Part shown: piece by piece, positions 27,301-36,582 of the stretch
How positions within the stretch are numbered: position 1 is the stretch's first letter
Layout of the letters: each line of letters opens with the position of its first letter
Source: Antedon mediterranea
Taxonomy: Eukaryota; Animalia; Echinodermata
Direction of reading: 5' to 3'
Assembly: GCF_964355755.1 (NCBI RefSeq)
Contig: NC_092678.1
Coordinates: 9,192,422-9,256,421, forward strand
DNA length: 64,000 nt
Translations under genes and position numbers: made by a program
Notes under the pieces: model-generated
What the model was told of the DNA's origin: nothing
The model's database searches: none
What the model saw: only the letters and a program-made list of their open reading frames with translations

Positions 27301-30300
27301 AAAAAATGGTAAAAATTTGCGAGCGCGTGGGAATTTTTGACATGCTCAAAATGACATGAAACGCGTAGAAAGTTGATTAGAAATTGTTTTTTCGCATTTC
27401 TAAATTTTAAATGCGCGCACGTGTAAAACACAAAATTTTTTTCCACAGAATATAAATTAAACTTTAGCAAAGTTTAAATTTAAAATGTTATTTGGTTTTT
27501 GACCTAAATACGCGAAATTCATAAAATTGCGCGTAAGTCATGTTGCGCAATTGTAAACAAGCTCAAAATGTTCGCTGCACAACTTCATATGAATGACGAT
27601 ATGTTGAGAAAGTTACAAAATGTTATGTTTGCAAGTTTTACAGATACGCGTGACACAAAAATTACAGAAAAAAGATGATGATGATGATGATTTCGTACAA
27701 TCACAAGGAGTTCCTGCAACTTCATTGCGGATAACTAATTATGTATTATGGTATTTCCCCCCCCCCCTCCAAAAAACCCCCAAAATTTAAAGATAAAAAA
27801 ACACACTTTCAGTCTTCTGGTGGTCTGGCTTTTAAAATTAAACATTTTGGTTATGGTTTAATTTTGGTTTGAGAACAATTTTACAATTTTGAAATAGTCA
27901 AAATGGCCTACACTGTAAAGATATTGATTTTGCGCATATTTAATTTTCGAATGCGTGTGCGCACATAAACACTTTCTGTAAGATAAAAATGACTTATTCT
28001 TTTATTTTCTTAATTTCGGATAGAACATCCATACACAAATCATACAAAGGCCTAAATGCTTCCGAAGTTTTATAGAAACCCTCAGCACAAAAATGGTGGA
28101 AAGGCCCATTTACACTAGGGTGATGATTGACGATAAAGATAAATATGCATTTTTCATAACTAAAACAGAAGAATTTTAAAAAGTTTTCATCCTAGAACTA
28201 TTGGATTATCATCTATGCTACCTTTGATGAAAATAATATTTCCACACGTTCAATCAAATGACGTCATGATTAGTAAGAGCAATATTACCATTACAATACA
28301 ACGATTTTATTGTTTTTATTGATCATATCATTTCATTGGATTTTCACAAATATTATTTTTATCAAATACAGCATACATGATTATCCTAGGGGCGGATGCA
28401 GGGGGGTTGCCCCACTTGCCTGGGCAACACCCTTAATTTCATGCTAAATGTTTTTTCCAGTCACTAAAATAAAATTTAGATCCCATTTTATCATATACAG
28501 GTATAATAACCATTAACGTCATAGAAGTCCAGTTTTGGAAGAGCCTATAAATTATGTAAATTGACAGACTACAGCGTAAAATTAACCAGCATTACAATAC
28601 CGCGCACAATTTACCGCCGGCTGTCTTTTGCGTATTTTTGTGTGTGGATATATTTCTGAACAAACTCAGAATGAATTTGCTTGTGTGTGTCGTGAGAAGG
28701 TATGAAACACACTGTGTTCAAGGAAAACCCCGTCATATGGGTCTTTGATTTGTCCATAATTATTGCATTTTTCCTGAGATTCCCCATAATTTAAGTATTT
28801 CCGTAGTACCCTATTTATCTTCATCTTATGTCTGTAATATTGGGACAAATTTTCGTAGAAATTACGAACATTCCTAACTTTGAAATAAAAGTGTTTATTT
28901 GCTTCTTTTTGCAAATTTTGATCATATTTTCTTTTCTGAAGTGCAGTTTAAGCAACACTGTTGTACAGTTTATAGTGGATAAATGAAAATGAATTTTGGA
29001 AATTGTGGTTTTACTAACTTATTGATCAAAATAATACAATTTAACGTTTTGCTTAATTTATAGCAGAAGCTTCATATTTTTTGTTTAACTTTTTTAATTT
29101 ATTAATTGATAATAATAATTAATTTGTATGTATTGATTATAAATTTGCCCGAATTTATTAGCTTACCGGACGTACCTTGTCGGGTACCTCCTCTGACGTT
29201 TTACCGGCGAAAAATTTAGGCAGGATACGATGGTATTGCTGTTTGGTAGCCCGATATAGTGTCATTTCCGGCAAATTATAGGTGCCATTTATCATCTTAG
29301 CATACAATTCGCATACAAATAAACCTGAATGTTACTGGCTGTTTTGATGGTGAATCAAAAGAAGGGGAACTTCTCTTGGATTTTATTACACAATCGGCTT
29401 TTTTTAAGGAAACTGCTTCTAAATCGTTGTATAGCGATATCATTGCCTATTTAAAAAGTATAGTTTTGCCTGAAAGTTAGGCTAAGGATGGCAAAAGTTG
29501 GCTAAGATGTGACTCTGATGCGATTGTTATCACAAAGTATAACAGGCAGTGTTAAAAAGTGAAAACAGCTAAATTTATATCATAGTGTGACGGGCAGTTA
29601 TTAATAAGTAATATAATTATATAATGCCTGTGTATACGGTACTCTTTAATAAATACAGGTACATGAAGATTTATACATCTTTCTTTTACTTCTACTAAAC
29701 ATTGATGTAACTTTTCCAAAAAAACGTTGGCGAAATGCCATGAAATTTGCATATTGCTAAAGTAGGTTAAAGTAATGTGGAAATGTATCGTAGGTATTGT
29801 GTTTAATCGTCGAGATAAAGTTGTAGGCCTATAAGTTGTAGGCCTATAAGTTGTAGGCCTATAAGTTGTAGGCCTATAAGTTGTAGGCCTATAAGTTGTA
29901 GGCCTATAACTGGTTTACCTTACGTGCGAGAGTACCATTTCCAGCCCTCTAAGGGTGTCATTTAACAAAATTTGATTCGCCACGGTCCTAGACTCGTGGG
30001 CAAGCCCCTTAAATAGTTCTGCAACTGCCCCTGATTATCCTATAGTTCTAGAACGAAACTGTTTTAATTTCTTTCGTTTTATCCAAGAAAAAATGTATGT
30101 TTATCTATTTATCGTCGATCGTTATCGCCCTAGTATAAATGGGCCTTAATGGTTGAAAAATCACAATAGGATATCCGCCATCAAGTACTGGTAACTAATA
30201 ATTAATAAAACAACGAAACATTTAAAATAACAAACACCATAATGAAAACAATTCTTCTGGTTTCGATTCGTATAATGATATAAGTAGTTCTTTGATAGTA

Positions 30301-33300
30301 AACCAATAAACCTTACGTTGGCAAGACCAGTCGGCGTCATAACGCATCATAGCAACTGAAGAAGTCAAGCTGACAGCTAGACAAAACTGTCTTGCCAACG
30401 TAAGTTTTATTGGTTTACTATCAAAGAACTACTTATATCATTAAACAAACACCATGTTGCCATACGTTTTAGTTGATATAAAATCTGTGCTACATTGTCA
30501 CACTGTTGGCTACGGTCAGATGACAAGTGTACTACCGAGACGGTAACTGATTTACCTCCTGATTGTACATTTGCATGTAAAACAACACGCTTATTACGAT
30601 CAAGGCGAGATTTTTGGACCAATGACTGTAATGTGTGGCTGGTTATCGGAAGCCTACTGAGAATTCCCATGCCTGTAATTATCAAAAAAGAAAAAGAAAA
30701 TTCTTTGAACTAGATGGTACACGCTCCCTAAAAAATCCTGTTTTAAAAGTACTAACCCAGGGTCTCTTTTAGATTTTACACTGTTTTGATGACCGTCTTT
30801 TGTTTTTATAAACAATTTCTTGAAATATGGCCATAGTCAGCGCTTGATTTCCATTTTCTGACCACAGCATTGTAATTTTTTTTAGTAATTTTCCTTTGAT
30901 TTATAAAATAAAAAACAGAAATATTTGTACACAAACCTTCCATCTCCCATCCAATAGGAGCACCATACTTTGGGGGTATTACTTTTTGAACTGGTTGGTA
31001 TAGCAACCATTTGTAAGTAGGTAACATGTGTTGAAGTTCATGCAACTGAGACCATGATGAACTTTGATGTGACCGTACCTCTTGAAAAGCAATGAAGTCA
31101 ACATCTAACTGTAAAAGCTACAGTAATAAACAAAAATATAAAATGATTAGAATAAAAGTAACATTGGAATTGTAGCGTATTATATCATTTCTATTTATCA
31201 TTAGGTTATATGCATTATCATGCATAATTATCTTGAGATGAATTTCATCTAGCTACTGTATGTCAATTTTTTAGAGAATATTCCTTATGACTAGGAAATC
31301 GATGTAATCTTTTCACGATGCGTGAAAAAAATCATGCAATTTAACATGAAATAATTTTTTTGTTGGTTTTTGAGATCAAAAGCGTGAATAAAAACATTTG
31401 TATAAAGGGATGGTGCCCTATAGATTACACCAACAATAATATTTTGATTGGATTGAATTTCAAGTTCTATAAACAGGGAGTTGCACAGGGAGGGGTCTAG
31501 GAAAAGATCAGTTCTTTCTTTCAACACATTGTTATTTCAAACCTACAACCTCATACTTCCACCAGCCAGCCCTAGTGTGTTTTGCGAAATGAAAGTAAAG
31601 GAATAACTTGAGATATTGGTTATGGATTATCATCTTTCAACCAGGTTTCCGAGACTGTAATTACATCGAAATCATAATTGACATTGCTTAAAAATAATTT
31701 GAAAGAATCAATATTATGAAGTGAACTTCTAGAATTATATACCGGTACACGAAAGAAAAGTTGTTCACGTGACTGAGCTCTCCAATTAAGTGGGTTAGTT
31801 GGTACTTATAATTGGGCTGAGTAGAGTTACAGTAGTAAATTGTTATCAGGGTCATGATCATATTTATCATAGTCTGCGTAAATGGTTGAAGATTAAATGA
31901 TTTAATTGATCTTGGTTTTTTCAGTACAGTGTGGTTGATCGTTTGGAAAGAAAGTGACATATTACATACACAAATCTAAAACATAAAAAAAAACCAGATT
32001 AGGTGGGGACAAGTTAATGAGAAAAATAAATGTACCAAGTGGAAAACCAGAGATCAGTCTCCATAGCGATATAAGGGCCTAAACATTTTTTTGTCTTGAA
32101 TAATGATAACAAAAAATTTAATAAGGAAAGTATTTAATAATTGAAAACAAATTAAAATTGGTCAATTTGTTTAGGCTCAAAATATCTTATTTATGTTGCA
32201 GAAATAAAAACAAGAAAAATTATTTAAGTAATTAATTTACGAAATTCAGAATAAGAAATTATAAATAAACAAGTTGAGGAAACACTTTATAAATAAGAGT
32301 TAAATGTTTTCAAAATCAGCAAAAGAATGAATTGGTTTCACAACTCCCCGGCCTTTAACTTGCAAACACTCTTCCATCTACCGACCATCCTGACCATATC
32401 CTACTATGCTCACTTGTTTTGCATAACAGATCGATGCGTTTACAGGTTAAATCTTCCAGTATAGATAGGCCAGAACCCTTTAGCTTCTTACGAGCCGTAA
32501 TCACCATCCTAGGCTATTTTGATTTCCTTTCCTTTTTTTTCCCTGTGAGAACGATCAATGTTATCAGGAACCAACTTAAGCCTTAATTTATTTTCAGCTA
32601 TGCCGATAATGATGTTCTCCTTGTTTTCGTTAGCCTCCTTTTTCACACCGAACACACAAAGACAATTTCTTCTAGAATGTTGTTCGAGATCGTCAGCTTG
32701 CTGATTTAAATTTTCTACCGGTCTAATTCATCCATAATGGAATGTTGCTCACGGTGATCAGCATACACTGATTTAAAGTTCTTGTTTACTTTACGATCAG
32801 GTTCTTTTACCATTTCTTTAAGGCTGTTATTATTTATTTATTTATTTTTATCGTATTAGTTTGATTAACAACCTGACTAAGTTTGTCATCTATGATAGAT
32901 CGATTTATTGAGAGAATCTTGTATTTTAGTAGAATAAAGCATCTTTGAGAATAAGTTTTCAACTATGCTAGTTAATGGATCGCTCTCAAATAATTCAATC
33001 ACTATTTGCCTGATCAGCTGTGCATGTCTAGTAACCCTTAGCGGGAAGTTCAACAGTGGATTCAGCCATTCCGATTCGTTGAGTTTATAGAATCACTTTA
33101 TAATCAAATTAAAAACAATGCACCAAATAAAATAAAATTATAGCAAGCAACGTGTTCTAGTGGCATTTGAGGCCATTTTAATCAGATTTACAGTAGCCAC
33201 TTTTTCCATTTTGTATAATACATAAATAAAATACTGCATGCATAAAACACTGCACGAGGTCCGATGCGATGACTGTGTCAATCAATTCTTTCAATTTAAA

Positions 33301-36300
33301 AAAATGAAGTTACCCTTTAAAGTTCCAAATATACAGAATTAGTATTACTGTATAGTATATAAACCAATGAAAAGTACCCGCATTCCCCGACGGGGGCTAG
33401 GCTCCCCAACAAGGATCCCCCGTAGCACCCCACCGCCATACTTTAATAACAACCATTTGATTTACTGGACATTTCATACAGCAATGTCATATGAGTGGTA
33501 GCCCCAAGAGGCCAAAAATGTAGTTTATTACTATTCCTTTAGTAGTATTTAGCATTGCTTGTACAGTATCAGTAGAAATAAATATTATGTATGGTTAAAA
33601 CTGTGTACTCTGAATAAACTGGTGAAGGTGTTGTGTGTAAATATATAAATGAACAAATAAAATAAAAAAATACACAGACAAATAAACGAATCCAAATGTC
33701 TGTCGTGTTTTTCCCAAAATACACCCTAAATTTAAGAGTTTGTGTCCGAGTGCATCATCTAATTTCGACACTTTTTTTTCTCGGGCTACCCGAGTCTAGG
33801 ACTTACTCATTTTCTCCTCCTCCATCTGGACACTATTGAGTAAAAAGTGCGATTTATAAAGTACTACTCCTCCCTTATTCGTTGTAGTATTGAGCTTGGA
33901 TTTGGCATGAATATACTACAGGGATGCAGCCTTATGACGTCTCGAAGATGGTACAGTATAGCCGTATTTGGTAGCGAGGTTATTGACGTGTATGTGACGT
34001 CACATCCCGTATTATGATGTCATTACAGCTTCATTTGTTGTACCCCGAGTATCGCACATTCGTGTTTTTTAGTTAATTAATTTGTTATGTTGTTATATGC
34101 GGCTTCTTGGCGTAGTGGTTATCAAGTCTGCTTAACACGTAGAAGGTCCCCGGTTCGAGCCCGAGCGAAACCTTTTTTTTTAAAACTTTATGGTGAAAAG
34201 TACTGTATACGCAATATGATATACAGTATATCTTATTTTTATTATTTTTTTTAATACTTATTTTGTGTAATCGATAATTATCACTTTTAACATGTTTATT
34301 TTGCTTTGTGCTTATTACCATATTTATTTGTAATTTAAATGGATTAAAAAACTTTGTGTAACCCACATTTTTGGTGTAAGAGGTTTCGTAGTGTAGTGGT
34401 TATCAAGTCTGCTTAACACGCAAAAGGTCCCGCCGGTTCGAGCCCTGGCGAAAACTATTTTTCCTAAACTTTTTATGATGAAATATACTGTATACGTAAT
34501 ATGATATAAAGTATATCTCGTTCTATTATTCGGGGTACCCGAGTCTAAGACTCTCTATGATCTTTTCCTCTTCTTCTTCCATCCAGACAGTAAAAAGTGC
34601 AACTTATAAAGTACTACTCTTCCCTTATTCGTTGTAGTATTGAGCTGGGATTTGGCATGAATATACTACAGGGACATGTCCTTAATTCTATAGATTTTTA
34701 TTCTACGGATTTTTTAATTTCAAACCGGATGCAGCCATATCACGTCTCGAAAATGGTACCGTATAGCCGTATTTGGTAGCGAGGTTATTGATGTGTATGT
34801 GATGTTACATCCGGTCTTATGATGTCATTATTTATTACAGCTACTGTATATTTGCTGTATCCCGAGTATTGCACATTCGTGCTTGTTGGTAAAATGTGCC
34901 GACTGATTGACAGACCATGCCCATTGTCAATTTCTGATGAGCACCCTAAATTATTATCAAAGCAGACAAGATCGCGCGGAGCATGAGTTACTGTTAGATC
35001 ACAATTTACAAAAGTAGCAAATAGATAGGTAACAAATCTCCCACACAAAAAATAAATATCTCAAAACCATTAATGTAAAGAAATAAAAATGAACACACAC
35101 AAACAGAACGATTCCAAATGGTTTGATATATTGTTAAACATACAATAAAACAATTTGTGTTTCCGCAGCAATGTGTTTTTCATTTGATTTTCTGTTCACA
35201 AAAGTTAGCAGAGCTTTCGGGCAACAATAGCCCTTCATCAGTACAAATCATTAGGCTCTAATATATGAAGGGCTAGTGTTGCCCGAAAGCTCTGCTAACT
35301 TTTCTGGCTGTTTTACTTTATCATTTTGATTAAGCTTTTAGCTTGATAATACGGTACCCACAGCATTGTCATTTTTCAGTAATTTGCTTTTGGTTTTATA
35401 TATACAGTATAACAGGCTTAATACATACAATTACATTAAAACAACTTCAAAATTGTAGGAAGTCATTCAATCATAATATTTTAATCATCTAATTATATTT
35501 GCAACAAGTTTTACGTAAAATTATGTAATTAATGCCACTTTTATCAGAACGAAATGAAACAATACAGGCTACAGCTGATGGCTTAAAGACCCCTTCCCTG
35601 CAATTTTGGACGTTTTTTGGAAAATAATACATATATCACTTTAAAAACATTAAACCATGTCATTCCTTGTCTTAAATGTACGTTTTATGGTAAATTATGA
35701 TAAAAAGTGAGAAACAATGTACTACCTAAGTAGCTCGCGGCGATCGACCTCTCGTGGACGGTCTTAGGCTAGCCTAGCTAGGCTTAGTTTTGTAGGCCTA
35801 GCTGGTAAACATCGATAACGTACGAACATCGTACGCTAGCTATATACCTAGCCTGACGTTGTATAGTTGCTGCATTAATTGTCTTTCTATTTTTGCCAGA
35901 CTCCGTTGATACAAATTGGGGAAAACCCGGTATTTTCGCTGAAAAGTTAGGAGTCTTCCATTTGTTTTGGCTTCACGATCGATCGAAAAGTGGGCGAATT
36001 ACAGGTGAAAAACAAAAATATCAATCCGCGCGCAATGCATTTTGGGATTTATAGCGGGCCGCTATAATTATTAGAATCGATTTATTTTTCACATTTTTAA
36101 CCGTTTAAAGACGAAAAAAGTTATCGCAATAGGACCATATAGTATTATTTTTACATTAAATATAGTTTGTGATCTTAAATTAGATCTAAAAAACGTAGGG
36201 AATGGGGCTTTAATCTTCACGCAAGAATAAATTAAGCCCACCCTATCTATTTTCAAAAATTTGAATTTGGAGCATTATCGATTCTCATGTCTAATAACTT

Positions 36301-36582
36301 TTAAAATCAATCTCTCTCCCTATGTTTTGGAAGTTCAGTAAGTTTTGTATACCATTACGTCCACTCATACTCGGGTCAGAGAGTGGTTTTGCAAATCAAA
36401 AAATCACCAATAATCTCTATTGGTGCACCTACCTTATTTGCAACATACTGCTTTCGAACTTCCCAATTAAACATAACATTCCAAAGATTGTAAGTTGCTA
36501 TGGTAACCCTTGATGCTTTGCAATTTACAATGACAAAGACACAAAAAAGTATAAAAATGTTTATTTTCTTCATCCATGGCAT
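17665..36582 (-). CDS. EEP (endonuclease/exonuclease/phosphatase) family protein with signal peptide, Cys-rich insert and two TM helices; 5 coding exons, about 475 aa
   Basis: Exons 36582-36433, 31117-30937, 30672-30466, 26181-25961 and 18333-17665, all with GT-AG boundaries and consistent phases (0,1,1,0). Motifs [43 protein letters not shown] and PSDH occur in canonical order. Confidence 0.88.
18735..18905 (+). mobile_element. Partial copy of the Deu/Nin-type SINE
   Basis: gagcgagtggccgag...tctcggataaggactattaaaccgtaggtc matches 25465-25650. Confidence 0.75.
19900..20125 (-). mobile_element. Small Helentron-like/non-autonomous element
   Basis: Terminal palindrome tacctccttggcggaggta next to an (acaa/acag)n microsatellite. 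Confidence 0.45.
20625..20822 (-). repeat. 3' LTR
   Basis: Identical by eye to 24975-25172; adjacent PPT at 20823-20837. Confidence 0.97.
21098..24964 (-). CDS. Gag-Pol polyprotein (CCHC, protease, RT, RNase H, integrase)
   Basis: Uninterrupted 1288-aa ORF: two Zn knuckles, IDTGAQ, IMDDIL, DASS..DHKPL, HASH..CEIC, DLF..SDNGPQF..NGRAE. Confidence 0.97.
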   Translation of the reverse strand: MNGLKPPESLKVSVSNNMAEEWRKWSQRFGLYITASGLDRKPAKVKCSTLLHVIGEEALDIFNTFVFTADEDAEDVEVILQKFKAHFEPQRNITYERHKFNTRIQKEGEGFDQFITDLRSKARTCEFDNLHDSLIKDRIVVGIRSDTVRERLLRENDLTLQKAVEICQAAEISRKQRCVMKDASKTGNSEVIEESEINKLKTEYKYKKASSSAASSSYNKTGVIRDCRQCGKTHEYKNCPAYGKQCKSCGRNNHFAIKCRSKDKRKPYRPKKKKIEVLEEIDSDSTNSDEEFLMDTLENKDNTKEWSVNLKIYNRDSKHKVVKLKIDTGAQCNVITESIVQELKIPVNKTNARLITYSGEKIRPVGKVTLLCENKHKYYELEFQVMNKAVHPVLGLQACERLNLVKRVERIETNSDYNDLKSKYDVFKGLGCIGGVQKLHVKEDAKPVIHPPRSVPIPIRKKVLKELNNMESKGVIVKQNDPTQWVSSMVVVKKKNKDSVRICIDPKNLNDALERQHYPMKTIEEVITKLPNAKVFSTLDASSGYWQIQLDEDSSRLCTFNSPNGRYRYTRLPFGIKSAPEIFQRVMTQMFEDLEGTEVIMDDILVWGIDKKQHDERLEKVLNRAKERNLKLNPEKCKFGLDEVKYIGHTLTSEGLKTDERKVKAVQEMHKPNNKKELQQFLGMINYLGKFIPNLSNVTKPLRQLLEKNTMWQWQAEHDISFGQLQRLVTEAPVLQYYDVEKPVTVSVDASSTGIGAVLLQDGHPIAFASKAFTEPQTRYAQIEKELAAVVFGCERFHQYLYGKEFIVESDHKPLESIMKKALALTPPRLQKMLLKLQKYKLELVYKRGKELYIADALSRNHLPDIETEQFSIPLYMINNLQMTKERLVEIKNETVKDTALSKLKDVVINGWPENKAILEPDVKPYWDYRDEILVEGDMLFKNNRLIIPATQRKLMLSKLHASHQGIEKTKKLARDLIFWPGINAQVTDTVGKCEICLKHRMKNQKEPMVAHQIPSRPWQKVGMDLFTLEAEEYLIIVDYYSGYFEINMLKSTKSSSVIKFCKQQFARHGIPEEVISDNGPQFASMEFQNFGKVYDFKHTTASPFYPQANGRAEKAVQTAKMILKKAREDKQDPYLALLSYRNTPRDGLPSPVQMLMGRRTKTHLPTSTKLLKPKVTNNMRQLKQNKAKQKNYYDKGTKPLKTLKVGDRIYVRKDCQWKPATIVERQESPRSYTVESDGKYYRRNRRDIIKVTSSQDSQTSHIIEPNTTQETRRYPKRNRKQLIKLDL
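24975..25172 (-). repeat. 5' LTR
   Basis: Followed on the minus strand by PBS TGGTGTCAGAA (tRNA-Leu-like, by recall). Confidence 0.97.
25465..25832 (+). mobile_element. tRNA-derived SINE with Deu/Nin-like core
   Basis: A box tggccgagcgg; B box ggttcgaggc; core cggataaggactataaaccgtaggtcc..taaagaacc..gagtagggg..ccccggtgt resembles the recalled Deu domain; A-rich tail; partial copies at 18735 and 62925. Confidence 0.8.
25961..26181 (-). CDS. EEP gene coding exon 4 (GDFN motif)
   Basis: Acceptor ctctag; [25 protein letters not shown]; donor GTAAGT. Confidence 0.85.
26223..27740 (-). mobile_element. Helentron-associated (HINE-like) non-autonomous element
   Basis: 13-bp subterminal inverted repeat ttagttatccgca (26253) / tgcggataactaa (27726); (gat)n microsatellite; terminal hairpin; internal duplication of about 370 bp. 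Confidence 0.55.
28388..30033. mobile_element. hAT-like non-autonomous transposon with 8-9 bp TSD
   Basis: aggggcggatgcag..ttgccc versus gggcaa..ctgcaactgcccctg; flanked on both sides by (g)attatcct. Confidence 0.75.
29818..29908. repeat. 15-bp tandem repeat (aagttgtaggcctat), about 6 copies
   Basis: Direct reading. Confidence 0.9.
30271..30443. repeat. About 55-bp near-perfect inverted repeat (hairpin or short MITE)
   Basis: taatgatataagtagttctttgatagtaaaccaataaaccttacgttggcaagac and its reverse complement at 30389-30443. Confidence 0.9.
30466..30672 (-). CDS. EEP gene coding exon 3
   Basis: Acceptor ttacag; [15 protein letters not shown]; donor GTATGG. Confidence 0.85.
30937..31117 (-). 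CDS. EEP gene coding exon 2
   Basis: Acceptor actgtag; [21 protein letters not shown]; donor GTTTGT. Confidence 0.85.
31350..33150 (-). pseudogene. Decayed CR1/L2-group LINE 5' half (ORF1 plus APE)
   Basis: [17 protein letters not shown] at about 32700-32640 (ORF1 motif); [10 protein letters not shown] and [10 protein letters not shown] (APE) at 31680-31400. Confidence 0.8.
34101..34173 (+). tRNA. tRNA-Val(AAC)-like, probably a pseudogene
   Basis: D-loop agtggttatc; anticodon arm tctgc-TTAACAC-gtaga; T-loop ggttcgagccc; oligo-T follows; mismatches in the acceptor and D stems. Confidence 0.65.
34382..34456 (+). tRNA. tRNA-Val(AAC)-like pseudogene
   Basis: ggtttcgtagtgtagtggttatc..TTAACAC..ggttcgagccc..cgaaaac; 2-nt insertion before the T arm and stem mismatches. 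Confidence 0.6.
35198..35402. mobile_element. Penelope-like terminal-repeat fragments in inverted arrangement
   Basis: 35198-35248 (minus) and 35265-35400 (plus) both match 1200-1365; ends in tatata. Confidence 0.75.
35208..35244 (-). ncRNA. Minimal type I hammerhead ribozyme
   Basis: gta-CTGATGA-A-GGGC-tattgtt-GCCC-GAAA-GCTC-tgc. Confidence 0.75.
35587..36209. mobile_element. Kolobok-type MITE (AG..CT ends, TTAA TSD)
   Basis: ttaa|agaccccttccctgc ... gtagggaatggggct|ttaa. Confidence 0.75.
36433..36582 (-). CDS. EEP gene first coding exon (signal peptide plus TYN motif)
   Basis: [35 protein letters not shown]; donor GTAGGT; an AG acceptor just upstream of the ATG suggests a 5' UTR intron. 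Confidence 0.85.

Larger units (their letters stand above)
28101..30148. mobile_element. Harbinger-like MITE interrupted by a hAT-like element
   Basis: aaggcccatttacactagggtgat versus atcgccctagtataaatgggcctt, with further inverted similarity inward. Confidence 0.75.
33780..34885 (+). repeat. Composite repeat X-tRNA/Y-tRNA/Y-X
   Basis: 33780-34065 matches 34530-34885; 34101-34240 matches 34382-34525. Confidence 0.8.
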
